From contig OZ244720.1 of assembly GCA_965219085.1 (NCBI GenBank), forward strand, positions 1,376,001-1,440,000: DNA of 64,000 nt, read 5' to 3'. Every line of letters begins with the position of its first letter. Positions within the stretch are counted from its first letter, which is position 1. The notes under the pieces were generated by a model that worked only from the letters and a program-made list of their open reading frames with translations, did not search any database and was not told the DNA's origin. Shown piece after piece: positions 10,048 to 19,388 of this stretch. The translations under genes were made by a program, and so were the position numbers. Source of the DNA: Dehalococcoidia bacterium (GTDB lineage: Bacteria; Chloroflexota; Dehalococcoidia; UBA2979).

Positions 10048-10161
10048 GCCCACGCGACAGAACTTGCTGGCGGCGCTTCCTCGCCCCGTGTACTATTCCC
10101 CGTACGCCCGTTCGCGTAACGACGTAAGCCCATTCCCCGATGAGCGCGAGGCGCTAGCGCC

Positions 10162-13100
10162 ATGTTCGCCCACCTCCATACCCACTCCGAGTACTCCCTG
10201 CTCGACGGGATGAGCACGATCCCCGACCTCGTGGCGCGCGCGAAGGCGCTGGGCCAGGACGCCCTCGCCATCACCGACCACGGCGCGCTCTACGGGGCGC
10301 TCAAGTTCTACGAGGAAGCCCGCGCCAACGACCTCAACCCCATCATCGGCCTCGAGGCGTACGTGGCGCCCGGCAGCCGGCTCGAACGCAACCCGTCCGA
10401 GCGCACCCCCTACCACCTCACCCTGCTGGCGCAGAACGAGACCGGCTACCGCAACCTGCTGCGGCTCTCCTCCGCATCCCACCTCGAGGGCTTCTACTAC
10501 CGCCCGCGCGTCGACCGGGAGCTGCTGGCCGTGCACCACGAGGGGCTGATCGCGCTGTCCGCGTGCCCGTCGGGCGAGGTCCTGACGGCGCTGCAGGAAG
10601 ACCGCGACGACGCTGCGCGCGAGGCGCTCGGCTGGTACCGCGACCTCTTCGCGGGCCGCTACTACGTCGAGCTGCAGGACCACGGGCAGGAGCAGTTCTC
10701 GCGCTACACGCCGAGGCTCGTCGAGCTGGCGCGCGAGCTCGAGCTGCCGATGGTGCTGACCAACGACTCGCACTACACCACGCCTGAGCAGGAGCACCCG
10801 CACGACGTGCTGCTGTGCATCGGCACGAACGCGACCGTCCACGAGACGAACCGCATGAAGCTCGAGGGCGGCTCGTTCTACCTCAAGTCCGAGGACGAGA
10901 TGCGGGCGCTGCTGCCCGAGTTGCCCGAGGCCTCCGACGAGACGGCGCGCATCGCCGAGCAGGTCGACATCCGCCTCGACTTCGGGCGCACGCTGCTGCC
11001 CGACCCCGGCATCCCCGCGGGCGCGACGGCGGAGAGCCACCTCCGCGATCTCTCCGAGCAGGGCCTGCGCGAGCGCTACCCGCACGCCACCGCGGAGCAG
11101 CGCGAGCGGCTCGACTACGAGCTGTCGGTGATCGCGGAGACCGGCTTCAACGAGTACATCCTGATCGTGCGCGACATCGCGCGCTTCGCGCGTGAGCGCG
11201 GCATCCCGATGGGCGTGCGCGGCTCCGCCGCGGCGTCGATGGTGCTGCACTGCCTCGACGTCACCGACATCGAGCCGACGCAGTACCGGCTGGTGTTCGA
11301 GCGCTTCCTCAACCCCGAGCGGCGCGAGATGCCGGACGTCGACTTCGACTTCGCCGACGACCGCCGCGAGGAGGTCATCCGCTACGCCGCCGAGCGCTAC
11401 GGCCACGAGCGCGTCGCGCAGATCGTGACCTTCGGGACGCTGGGCGCGAAGGCCGCGATCCGCGACTCCGGCCGCGCGCTCGGCATGAGCTACGGCGACG
11501 TCGACCGCCTCGCGCGGCTCGTGCCGAACACGCTCGGCGTCACGCTCGACGGGGCACTCGCCGACGTCGAGGAGCTGCAAGCCGCGTACGAGGGCGACCC
11601 CGCGTCACGCGAGCTGCTCGACACCGCGCGCTCGCTCGAGGGCGTCGCGCGGCACGCGAGCACGCACGCCGCGGGCATCGTCATCTCGCGCGAGCCGCTC
11701 GTCGAGGTGGCGCCGCTACAGCGCGCGACCTCGGACCGCAGCGACGAGGCCGAGACGCTGCCGACGACGCAGTACGACATGAACGACGTGGCGAAGATCG
11801 GGCTGCTCAAGCTCGACTTCCTCGGCCTCGCGAACCTCACCATCCTCGGCAAGGCCGGCGAGCTGATCGAGGGCGGGCTCGACCTCGAGAGCATCCCCGA
11901 CGGCGACGAGGCGGCCGCGCAGCTGCTCGCCGAGGGGCGCACGTTCGGCGTGTTCCAGCTCGAGGGCGGCGGGATGCGCCGCTGGGTGCAGGAGCTGCAG
12001 CCCAGCGACATCCGCGAGCTCGCCGCGATGATCGCGCTCTACCGCCCCGGCCCGATGGAGCACATCCCCCGCTACATCGACGTCAAGCACGGCCGCGCCG
12101 AGGCGCACTACCCGCACGAGGACCTCGCGACGGTGCTCGACGAGACGTACGGCGTGATCACGTACCAGGACCAGGTGCTGGAGATCGCACGCATCTTCGC
12201 CGGCTACACGCTCGGGCAGGCTGACGTGATGCGGAAGGCGATGGGCAAGAAGATCGCCTCGGTGATGCTCGCCGAGCGCGAGCGCTTCATCGGCGGCGCG
12301 ATCGAGAAGGGCTACGAGCAGCGCCTCGCCGAGCAGCTCTTCGACCTCATCGAGCCGTTCGCGGGGTACGCGTTCAACAAGGCGCACGCCTTCTCGTACG
12401 CGGTGATCGCGTACCGCACGGCGTGGCTCAAGGCGCACTACCCCGTCGAGTTCATGACGGCGGTGCTGATGGCCGCGGGCGCGCACCCGACGGGCGCGCA
12501 GGACCGCATCGCGGCAGCGATCGCCGAGTGCGCCCGCCTCGGCATCGAGGTGCTCCCGCCGCACGTCAACGAGTCGGAGCAGAACTTCCGCATCGCCGCC
12601 CATGCCTCCGAGGACAGCGCCGGCTCGATCCGCTTCGGGCTCGCGCAGATCAAGACCGTCGGCCAGGGCGCCGTCGAGGGGTTGCTCGCGGTGCGCGAGA
12701 AGGACGGCCTGTTCACCTCGATCGAGGACTTCGCGCGTCGCGTCGACCCGCGCGACTGCAACCGCCGGGTGCTGGAGGCGCTCGCCAAGGCCGGCGCGCT
12801 CGACCCGCTGCTGCGGCGTGACCGCGGCGAGGATCGCTCGGCCGTGGTGTTCGGCGTGGACCGCATCCTCACCGTGGCGCAGGAGGCGCTGCGCCAGCGC
12901 GAGACGGGCCAGACCTCGATGTTCGACCTGTTCGGCGCCGAGGTGGACACGCCGCTGCCGGCGCTCGAACTCGAGGCGGTACGGACGCCGGAGCGTGAGA
13001 TCGGGGAGTGGGAGCGTGAGCTCCTCGGCACGTACGTCTCGTCGCACCCGTTCCGCCAGTCGGCGCAAGGCCTGTCGCAGTGGATCACGCACCAGACGAC

Positions 13101-13953
13101 CGAGCTGACCGCGGACCTGTCGGGCCAGGAAGCCATCGTGGCCGGCATGGTCACCGGCATCCGCAGGCTCACCACGCGCCAGGGCAAGGCCTTCGCCGCC
13201 GTCACCATCGAGGACCTCGGCGGTACTGCTGAACTGACCATCTGGCCCGACCGCTACGAGGAGCAGCAACACCGCCTCGTGCAGGGCAACGTCCTGCTCG
13301 CCAAGGTCGAGGTGCGCGAGCGCGGCGACCGGTTGACGATCGCCGTCGAGGAGCTCGCCCCGTACGACCAGGACCGCGGCAGACCCATCGAGTTCGAGCC
13401 CTCGAAGTTCACGGTCACGCGCGGTGCGCGCCGCCGCGGCCGCCAGCGCAACGGCGCGGCGACCGCCGACGCTTCCAACGGCCGAGGCCCGAACGGGAGC
13501 GGCCCAGGTGGCCCGGGTGGGGGCGGACCCAACGGCGGCGGACCCAACGGCGGCGGCCCCGGCCCGCGACTGCACGCCGTCCCGTCGAACGGCGACGCCA
13601 CCGCGAACGGCACGACCTCGAACGGCGGCTTCCCGCGCGAACTCCCCGCCGCCCCGGTCGACGGCCCGGCGCGCCTCCACATCGCGATGGAGGAGACGAC
13701 CGACGTCGCCGCGGACCGGCGACGCCTCGGGCGCATCCTGCGGCTGCTCGCCGAGCACCCCGGCGACGAACTCGCCGAGTTGGTCGTCGTCGCGCGTGAC
13801 GGCTCGGAGACGTTGCTGCGGCTGCCGTCCGTCGCGGACATCGACGCGCTCGTGGCGGCGCTGCGGCCGCTCCTCGGCGTGCTGGGACGCGCAGAGCGCG
13901 CTGGCGAGGCCGCCGAGGACGCCGCGCGGCTGGCGGCGGTCGCCTCGGGGTAG
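10162..13953 (+). CDS. dnaE: DNA polymerase III alpha subunit
   Basis: PHP HLHTHSEYSLLDG, ITDHG, RGSAA, MPDVDFDF, GYAFNKAHA, OB-fold C-terminus. Confidence 0.98.
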   Translation: MFAHLHTHSEYSLLDGMSTIPDLVARAKALGQDALAITDHGALYGALKFYEEARANDLNPIIGLEAYVAPGSRLERNPSERTPYHLTLLAQNETGYRNLLRLSSASHLEGFYYRPRVDRELLAVHHEGLIALSACPSGEVLTALQEDRDDAAREALGWYRDLFAGRYYVELQDHGQEQFSRYTPRLVELARELELPMVLTNDSHYTTPEQEHPHDVLLCIGTNATVHETNRMKLEGGSFYLKSEDEMRALLPELPEASDETARIAEQVDIRLDFGRTLLPDPGIPAGATAESHLRDLSEQGLRERYPHATAEQRERLDYELSVIAETGFNEYILIVRDIARFARERGIPMGVRGSAAASMVLHCLDVTDIEPTQYRLVFERFLNPERREMPDVDFDFADDRREEVIRYAAERYGHERVAQIVTFGTLGAKAAIRDSGRALGMSYGDVDRLARLVPNTLGVTLDGALADVEELQAAYEGDPASRELLDTARSLEGVARHASTHAAGIVISREPLVEVAPLQRATSDRSDEAETLPTTQYDMNDVAKIGLLKLDFLGLANLTILGKAGELIEGGLDLESIPDGDEAAAQLLAEGRTFGVFQLEGGGMRRWVQELQPSDIRELAAMIALYRPGPMEHIPRYIDVKHGRAEAHYPHEDLATVLDETYGVITYQDQVLEIARIFAGYTLGQADVMRKAMGKKIASVMLAERERFIGGAIEKGYEQRLAEQLFDLIEPFAGYAFNKAHAFSYAVIAYRTAWLKAHYPVEFMTAVLMAAGAHPTGAQDRIAAAIAECARLGIEVLPPHVNESEQNFRIAAHASEDSAGSIRFGLAQIKTVGQGAVEGLLAVREKDGLFTSIEDFARRVDPRDCNRRVLEALAKAGALDPLLRRDRGEDRSAVVFGVDRILTVAQEALRQRETGQTSMFDLFGAEVDTPLPALELEAVRTPEREIGEWERELLGTYVSSHPFRQSAQGLSQWITHQTTELTADLSGQEAIVAGMVTGIRRLTTRQGKAFAAVTIEDLGGTAELTIWPDRYEEQQHRLVQGNVLLAKVEVRERGDRLTIAVEELAPYDQDRGRPIEFEPSKFTVTRGARRRGRQRNGAATADASNGRGPNGSGPGGPGGGGPNGGGPNGGGPGPRLHAVPSNGDATANGTTSNGGFPRELPAAPVDGPARLHIAMEETTDVAADRRRLGRILRLLAEHPGDELAELVVVARDGSETLLRLPSVADIDALVAALRPLLGVLGRAERAGEAAEDAARLAAVASG

Positions 13954-14064
13954 CCGCGCGGCCCGCGTGCCTCGTCCCCGGGCGCACGGTCGCCCGGCCT
14001 GCTGCCCGGGACATCAGCGCACAGACGCCAACGCTCACTGCACCACGTCGCTACCATCGGGCCC

Positions 14065-15318
14065 GTGCTGCGTATCACGCCCGAGGGGCACCGAACGGCG
14101 AGGCAGTCCCGCGAGCTTCTGACGCGGCAGATCGAGCGCTCATCGCGTGGCGGACCGCTGGTGCTCGCCGCGATCGTGGGGCTGGGCGCCGGACTCGCCG
14201 CTGTCGGCTTCGCGGTGCTCGTGGAGCTCAGCGACCGCTTCTTCTTCGACGTCGTGAAGGACGAGTGGCTCGCCGGGTTGCCGGGCGCGCGGCTGATCCT
14301 GATTCCCGTCATCGGCGGGCTGCTTGTCGGGCCCATCACCCATCTCCTGGCGCCGGGCGCGCGCGGCCACGCCATTCCCGAGGTGATGGCGGCGCTCGAT
14401 TCGCGGGGCGGCCGCCTGTCCTCCACCGACGCGGTCGCCAGGATGGCGGCTGCGACGCTCACGATCGGCTCCGGCGGCGCGGTCGGCCGCCAGGGGCCCG
14501 TCGTCTTCCTCGGAGCCGCGTTCGGCTCGCTCGCCGGACGCGCCCTGCGGCTCAACGACCAGACGATGCGACTGCTGGCGACGGGGGGCGCGGCCGGAGG
14601 TGTCGCGGGGATCTTCAACGCGCCGATCGCGGGCGTGTTCTTCGTGGTCGACGATGCAGCCGAGCCCTCGAACGTCATAGCGCAACTGCGCCTCTCCGAC
14701 GCGATGGCGCCGCTGATGGAGTCCTTCGGGCCCACGGCGACCCTCGACGAAATCACACTCGCCTTCGAGGGCGACCCGGATCCGATCGCGCTGGTGGTCC
14801 GCGAGAACGGCGACATCCACGGCATCATCACCGGCGCCGACATCGGCGAGGCGCTCAATCTCTTCACCTCGCAGCGACTGCGCGCCCTGCCGGTGGTCGA
14901 GGCGGACAGCCCGAGGCGCCCGGCAGGGCTGCTGCGCCGCGCCGGCATCATGCGCACCTACGCCGAGGCCGTGGACCGTCGCGCCTCGCGTGACCGGCGG
15001 CTGCGGCTGCGGCCCGCGCTCCGCAGCGTCCGCTACCTGGAGTTGCGCGTCGCGCACGAGAGCAGCCTCCGACGGCACGCTGCTGTCCGACCTCCGTTTG
15101 ACGGAGGACCCTGTGATCGTGGCCGTCCGCCACCAGGGCGCCACGCTGATCCCGCGCGGCCAGACGCGCCTCGCAGCCGACGACCGCGTCACCATCATCA
15201 CCGCGGCCAGCTCCGTCGCCGAGGTGCGCGCCACCTTCGAGGGCCGCCCTTACGGGCTGCCCCTGACGGGCCGCACCGGGCGGCAGTGCGAGGTTCGCGG
15301 TGGGCTCGGATTCGGTAG
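14065..15318 (+). pseudogene. Decayed CLC chloride channel (CLC-CBS-TrkA_C) with internal deletions and a frameshift
   Basis: GHAIPEV, GSGGAVGRQGP, FNAPIAGVFF then jumps to CBS-like sequence; extra C near 15070 moves the TrkA_C domain into another frame. Confidence 0.75.
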
Positions 15319-15370
15319 ACTGAATGAAGCTTCGAGCCGCCCCACCCGCGCAGCCAGAAAGTCGCCGGCC

Positions 15371-16372
15371 ATGACGCAGCAGACCTCGGAGCCCGAGGCG
15401 CCGCGCGCGCGCGAGTCCGCCGCCACCAACCCGGTGATCGCACGCGTCCAGGAGCAGGTCGCGCGCGTCATCGTCGGGCAGCAGCGGCTCATCGACCGCC
15501 TCTTCGTGGCGCTCGTCACCGAGCAGCACGCGCTCATCGAGGGCGTCCCGGGACTGGCGAAGACGCTCACGGTCTCGACCCTGGCGCGCGCCCTCGACCT
15601 CTCGTTCGCGCGCATCCAGTTCACCCCGGACCTGCTGCCCGCCGACATCACGGGCACGCTCGTCTACAACCAGAACGCCGGCGAGTTCTCGCTGCGTCGG
15701 GGCCCGCTCTTCGCGAACGTGATCCTCGCCGACGAGATCAACCGCGCCCCCGCCAAGGTGCAGTCCGCGCTCCTCGAGGCGATGCAGGAGCGGCAGGTGA
15801 CGATCGGCGGCGAGACGCATCGGCTGCCGCAGCCCTTCTTCGTGCTCGCCACGCAGAACCCGATCGAGCACGAGGGCACGTACCCGCTGCCCGAGGCGCA
15901 GCTCGACCGCTTCATGCTCAAGGTGATCGTCGGCTACCCGCGCCGCGACGAGGAGCGCACGATCCTCGCGCGCTCGCTCGATGGCGACGAGCCGATCGTG
16001 CATCCGGCAGCAGACTCGGCCGACCTCGCGCAGATCGGGCGCGAGGCCGCCAACGTGCAGGTCAACGAGCGGCTGCGCGAGTACATCGTGCGGCTCATCG
16101 AGGCGACGAGGGATCCGGCGCGCTACCGCATGCCGGAGTTGGAGCCGCTCATCGAGTTCGGCGCATCCCCTCGCGCGGCGACAATGCTCGCGCGCGCGGT
16201 GCGGGCGCACGCGTTCGTGTCGGGCCGCACCTATGCACTGCCCGAGGACGTCAAGGACCTCACGCCGGACGTGCTGCGCCACCGGCTCGTGCTCACGTAC
16301 GAGGCCGAGGCGCAGGGGGTGAGCGCCGACGAGATCATCGAGCGCCTGCTCGAGAGCGTCGGGATCCCGTAG
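15371..16372 (+). CDS. moxR: MoxR family AAA+ ATPase
   Basis: [56 protein letters not shown]. Confidence 0.95.
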   Translation: MTQQTSEPEAPRARESAATNPVIARVQEQVARVIVGQQRLIDRLFVALVTEQHALIEGVPGLAKTLTVSTLARALDLSFARIQFTPDLLPADITGTLVYNQNAGEFSLRRGPLFANVILADEINRAPAKVQSALLEAMQERQVTIGGETHRLPQPFFVLATQNPIEHEGTYPLPEAQLDRFMLKVIVGYPRRDEERTILARSLDGDEPIVHPAADSADLAQIGREAANVQVNERLREYIVRLIEATRDPARYRMPELEPLIEFGASPRAATMLARAVRAHAFVSGRTYALPEDVKDLTPDVLRHRLVLTYEAEAQGVSADEIIERLLESVGIP

Positions 16373-16374
16373 CC

Positions 16375-17397
16375 GTGCCTCGCTTCCCCTGGCTGCCGTG
16401 GCCGGGGCGCGCGCGAGGCCGGGGTGACGCCCAGGACCCGACCACTCGCCCGCTCGGCGAGGCGCCGATGCTGCCCGCCACACTGCTCGCCTCGATGCGT
16501 CGCCTCGAGCTGCGCGCGCGGCGGCTCGTCGCGACGGAGCTGGCCGGCGAGTACCGCAGCGTGTTCCGCGGCTTCGGCATCGAGTTCGCCGAGGCGCGCG
16601 AGTACGTGCCCGGCGACGACGTGCGCCTGATCGACTGGAACGTGACCGCCCGCATGGGCTCGCCGTGGGTGAAGGAGTACACCGAGGAGCGCGAACTGCA
16701 CGTCGTCTGCGCGGTCGACATCTCGGCCTCGCAACGCGCGGGCCGGCCCGAGCAGGGCCGCCGCGCGGCCGCCGCCGAGGTGTGCGCTCTGCTGACGCTG
16801 TCTGCAGCGCAGAGCCAGGACCGCGCCGGGCTGCTCACCTTCGCCGGCGCACCGGAGCGCTTCGTCCCACCCGACAAGGGCACGCGCCACGCGCTGCGGA
16901 TCGTGCGCGAGGTGCTCGACCACCCGCCGCCGGCCAGCGGTGGCACCTCGATCGCGGCGGCGTGCGACTACCTCGGCCGCGTGCTGAGGCGGCGCTCGCT
17001 CGTGTTCCTCATCTCCGACTTCCTCGACGACGGCTACGTGCGCGCGCTGCGCGACCTCGCCCAGCGCCACGAGGTGATCGCCGTCTCCATCGTCGACCCC
17101 CTCGACGAGGCGCTGCCCGAAGCGGGGCTGATCGAGATCGAAGGCATCGAGGGGTCGGGCCGCGTCCTCGTCGACAGCTCCGACGCCCGGCTGCGCGAGC
17201 GCTACGCCGCGGCCGCCAGCGAGCGCGCGGAGGCGCGTCGCGAGGTGCTGCGGTCGGCAGGTATCGACGAGATCGAGGTGCGCACCGACGACGACGCGGC
17301 GCAGCCGGTCATGACGTACTTCCGGCGGCGCGCCGCCGGGACGCAGCCGCGAGAGCGCCCCCACGGCCGACGCGCGTACCGCGCCCGCGGGATCTAG
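16375..17397 (+). CDS. DUF58 family protein
   Basis: GIEFAEAREYVPGDDVRLIDWNVTAR, ISDF; follows moxR. Confidence 0.92.
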   Translation: MPRFPWLPWPGRARGRGDAQDPTTRPLGEAPMLPATLLASMRRLELRARRLVATELAGEYRSVFRGFGIEFAEAREYVPGDDVRLIDWNVTARMGSPWVKEYTEERELHVVCAVDISASQRAGRPEQGRRAAAAEVCALLTLSAAQSQDRAGLLTFAGAPERFVPPDKGTRHALRIVREVLDHPPPASGGTSIAAACDYLGRVLRRRSLVFLISDFLDDGYVRALRDLAQRHEVIAVSIVDPLDEALPEAGLIEIEGIEGSGRVLVDSSDARLRERYAAAASERAEARREVLRSAGIDEIEVRTDDDAAQPVMTYFRRRAAGTQPRERPHGRRAYRARGI

Positions 17398-17402
17398 CTG
17401 CC

Positions 17403-18434
17403 GTGCCCCCCCGCCCGCGGTTGCTCGCCCTCGTCGTGACGGTCGTGGCCGCGCTCGCCGCGCACGGCGTGGCGCTGGCGCAGGAAGCACCCATCGACGT
17501 GAGCGTCGACCTCGAACCGCGCCGCGCGACGCTCGGCGACCGGGTGCGCATGACGGTGACCGTGACGCATACCGACGCCGTGCTGATCACGGCGGAGCCG
17601 CCCGCCCCGCGCGAGGGCCTCACCATCGTCGACACGATCCCGGTCAGAACCATGGTGCTCGCCGACGGGCGGCTGCGCAGCGAGTTCGGCTTCACCTTCG
17701 CCGCGTTCGAGCTCGGCGTGATGCAGCCGGGCCCGGCGCGCATCCTGTGGCTGCACGAGGACGGCCGCTCCGGCGCCACCGAGATCGTGCCGCCGCCGTT
17801 CGAGGTGGTCTCGGCCGCCGTCGGCGACCCCTCGGCGCTGCGGCCGCTCAAGCCGCAGGCGGAGTACGGCGAGCCGCCCGCGGCGTGGCTGCGCCCGGCG
17901 ATCGTGGGCGGCGCGGCCGCGGGCGCGCTCATCGTGGCGGCCCTCGTCGTGTGGTGGCGGCGCAGGCGCACGCCGGAGCCCGTGGCCGCGCCCGTCGTGG
18001 TAGCCGCCGGGCCGGAGGCCGAAGCACGACGGGCGCTCGAGGAGCTCGCGTCGAGCGGGCTGCTGGAAGACGGCGACTTCGGGACGTTCTACGGCACGAT
18101 CGCGGTGGTGATGCGACGCTACCTGGAGGCGCGCTACATCTTCCCCGCCACCGCCCTCACCACGCCCGAGCTCGACGAGCGCATGGGCGACGCCGGCATC
18201 GAGCGCTGGCAGTCGCGGCTGGCCGAGGGGCTGCTCGACCGCTGCGACGCGACGGTCTACGCGGGCTACGTGCCGGACCCCGTCGCCGCCGACCACGACC
18301 TGACCGTGGCGTTCGAGATCGTCGAGCTCGCGCGTGAGCGACCGGCCGCTGAAGCGACGGTAAGCTCCGAGCGGCCCGCGGGCGGCGGAGACATGGCCAA
18401 CGGGGGCGGCAACGGGAACGGGGGCGGGCGATGA
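17403..18434 (+). CDS. Exported/membrane protein of the Bat operon (BatD-like)
   Basis: Signal peptide, Ig-like region, one TM, C-terminal 'RRYLE.RY...A...TT.E' domain; position between DUF58 and VWA genes. Confidence 0.7.
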   Translation: MPPRPRLLALVVTVVAALAAHGVALAQEAPIDVSVDLEPRRATLGDRVRMTVTVTHTDAVLITAEPPAPREGLTIVDTIPVRTMVLADGRLRSEFGFTFAAFELGVMQPGPARILWLHEDGRSGATEIVPPPFEVVSAAVGDPSALRPLKPQAEYGEPPAAWLRPAIVGGAAAGALIVAALVVWWRRRRTPEPVAAPVVVAAGPEAEARRALEELASSGLLEDGDFGTFYGTIAVVMRRYLEARYIFPATALTTPELDERMGDAGIERWQSRLAEGLLDRCDATVYAGYVPDPVAADHDLTVAFEIVELARERPAAEATVSSERPAGGGDMANGGGNGNGGGR

Positions 18435-19378
18435 GCTTCGCGAACCCGTGGCTGCTCGCGCTGGTGCCGCTCGGCGGCGTGCTGCTCGGCTGGCGGTGGT
18501 GGTCGCGGCCCGCCCGGCCCGCGCTCGCGCTCGCCGATCTCGGCGTGCTGCGCCAGGCGGCGCGCCCCAGCTGGCGACTGCGGGCGCGCTGGCTGCCCGC
18601 CGCGCTGCGCGTCGCGGCGCTCGTGCTGGTCGTCGTCGCGCTGGCGCGGCCGCAACGCGGCCTCGCCGTCACGACGGTGCCCGAGGAGGGCATCGACGTG
18701 GTCGTCGCCCTCGACGTGTCCGGCTCGATGCAGCAGCGCGCGACGCTGGGCGACCGCACTTCGAAGCTCGTCGCCGCGAAGGTGGCGATCGACGAGTTTG
18801 TGCGGGATCTCGAGGGCGACCGCGTCGGCCTCGTGACGTTCCAGTCGACGGCGCTGCTCATGTCACCGCTCACCCTCGACCGCGTCGCGCTGGCGCGGCA
18901 GGTGTGGTCCGTCGAGCCGGGGCTGGTGGTGGACGGGACGGCGATCGGGCTCGGGCTGTCGGAGGCGGTGAACCTGCTGCGCGACTCGCCCGCGCGCAGC
19001 CGCGTGGTGGTGCTGCTGACCGACGGCGAGAACAACGCCGGCGAGGTGCCGCCGTTGCAGGCGGCCCGCATCGCCGAGGCCCTCGGCGTGCGCGTCTACA
19101 CCATCGGCTTCCACGGGGCGGCCCGATCGTCGAGCAGCGTCGACGTGCGGCTGCTGCAGCAGGTCGCCTCGGCGACCGGCGGGGCCTACTACGACGCATC
19201 GAGCCCGGACGAGGTGGAGCAGGCGTACGAGTCGGTGCGCACGCTGGAGCGCAGCCGCGTGGGGGAGCGGCAGTTCACGGAGTTCGAGGAGTTGGCGCCG
19301 CGACTGGCGATCGCCGCGATCCTGCTGCTGCTCGCCGAGGCGGGGCTGCGCTCGACGCTGCTCCGGCGGTACCCGTGA
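18431..19378 (+). CDS. VWA-domain protein BatA-like
   Basis: MSFANPW N-terminus, ALARP, MIDAS DVSGSM, LTDGENN, VYTIG. Confidence 0.92.
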   Translation: MSFANPWLLALVPLGGVLLGWRWWSRPARPALALADLGVLRQAARPSWRLRARWLPAALRVAALVLVVVALARPQRGLAVTTVPEEGIDVVVALDVSGSMQQRATLGDRTSKLVAAKVAIDEFVRDLEGDRVGLVTFQSTALLMSPLTLDRVALARQVWSVEPGLVVDGTAIGLGLSEAVNLLRDSPARSRVVVLLTDGENNAGEVPPLQAARIAEALGVRVYTIGFHGAARSSSSVDVRLLQQVASATGGAYYDASSPDEVEQAYESVRTLERSRVGERQFTEFEELAPRLAIAAILLLLAEAGLRSTLLRRYP

Positions 19379-19388
19379 GGTCGCGGCG

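Noticed and set aside
14990-16372. Apparent TrkA_C-MoxR fusion protein
   Set aside because: The upstream part belongs to the frameshifted CLC pseudogene; moxR has its own ATG at 15371 and a TAGACT -10-like element upstream
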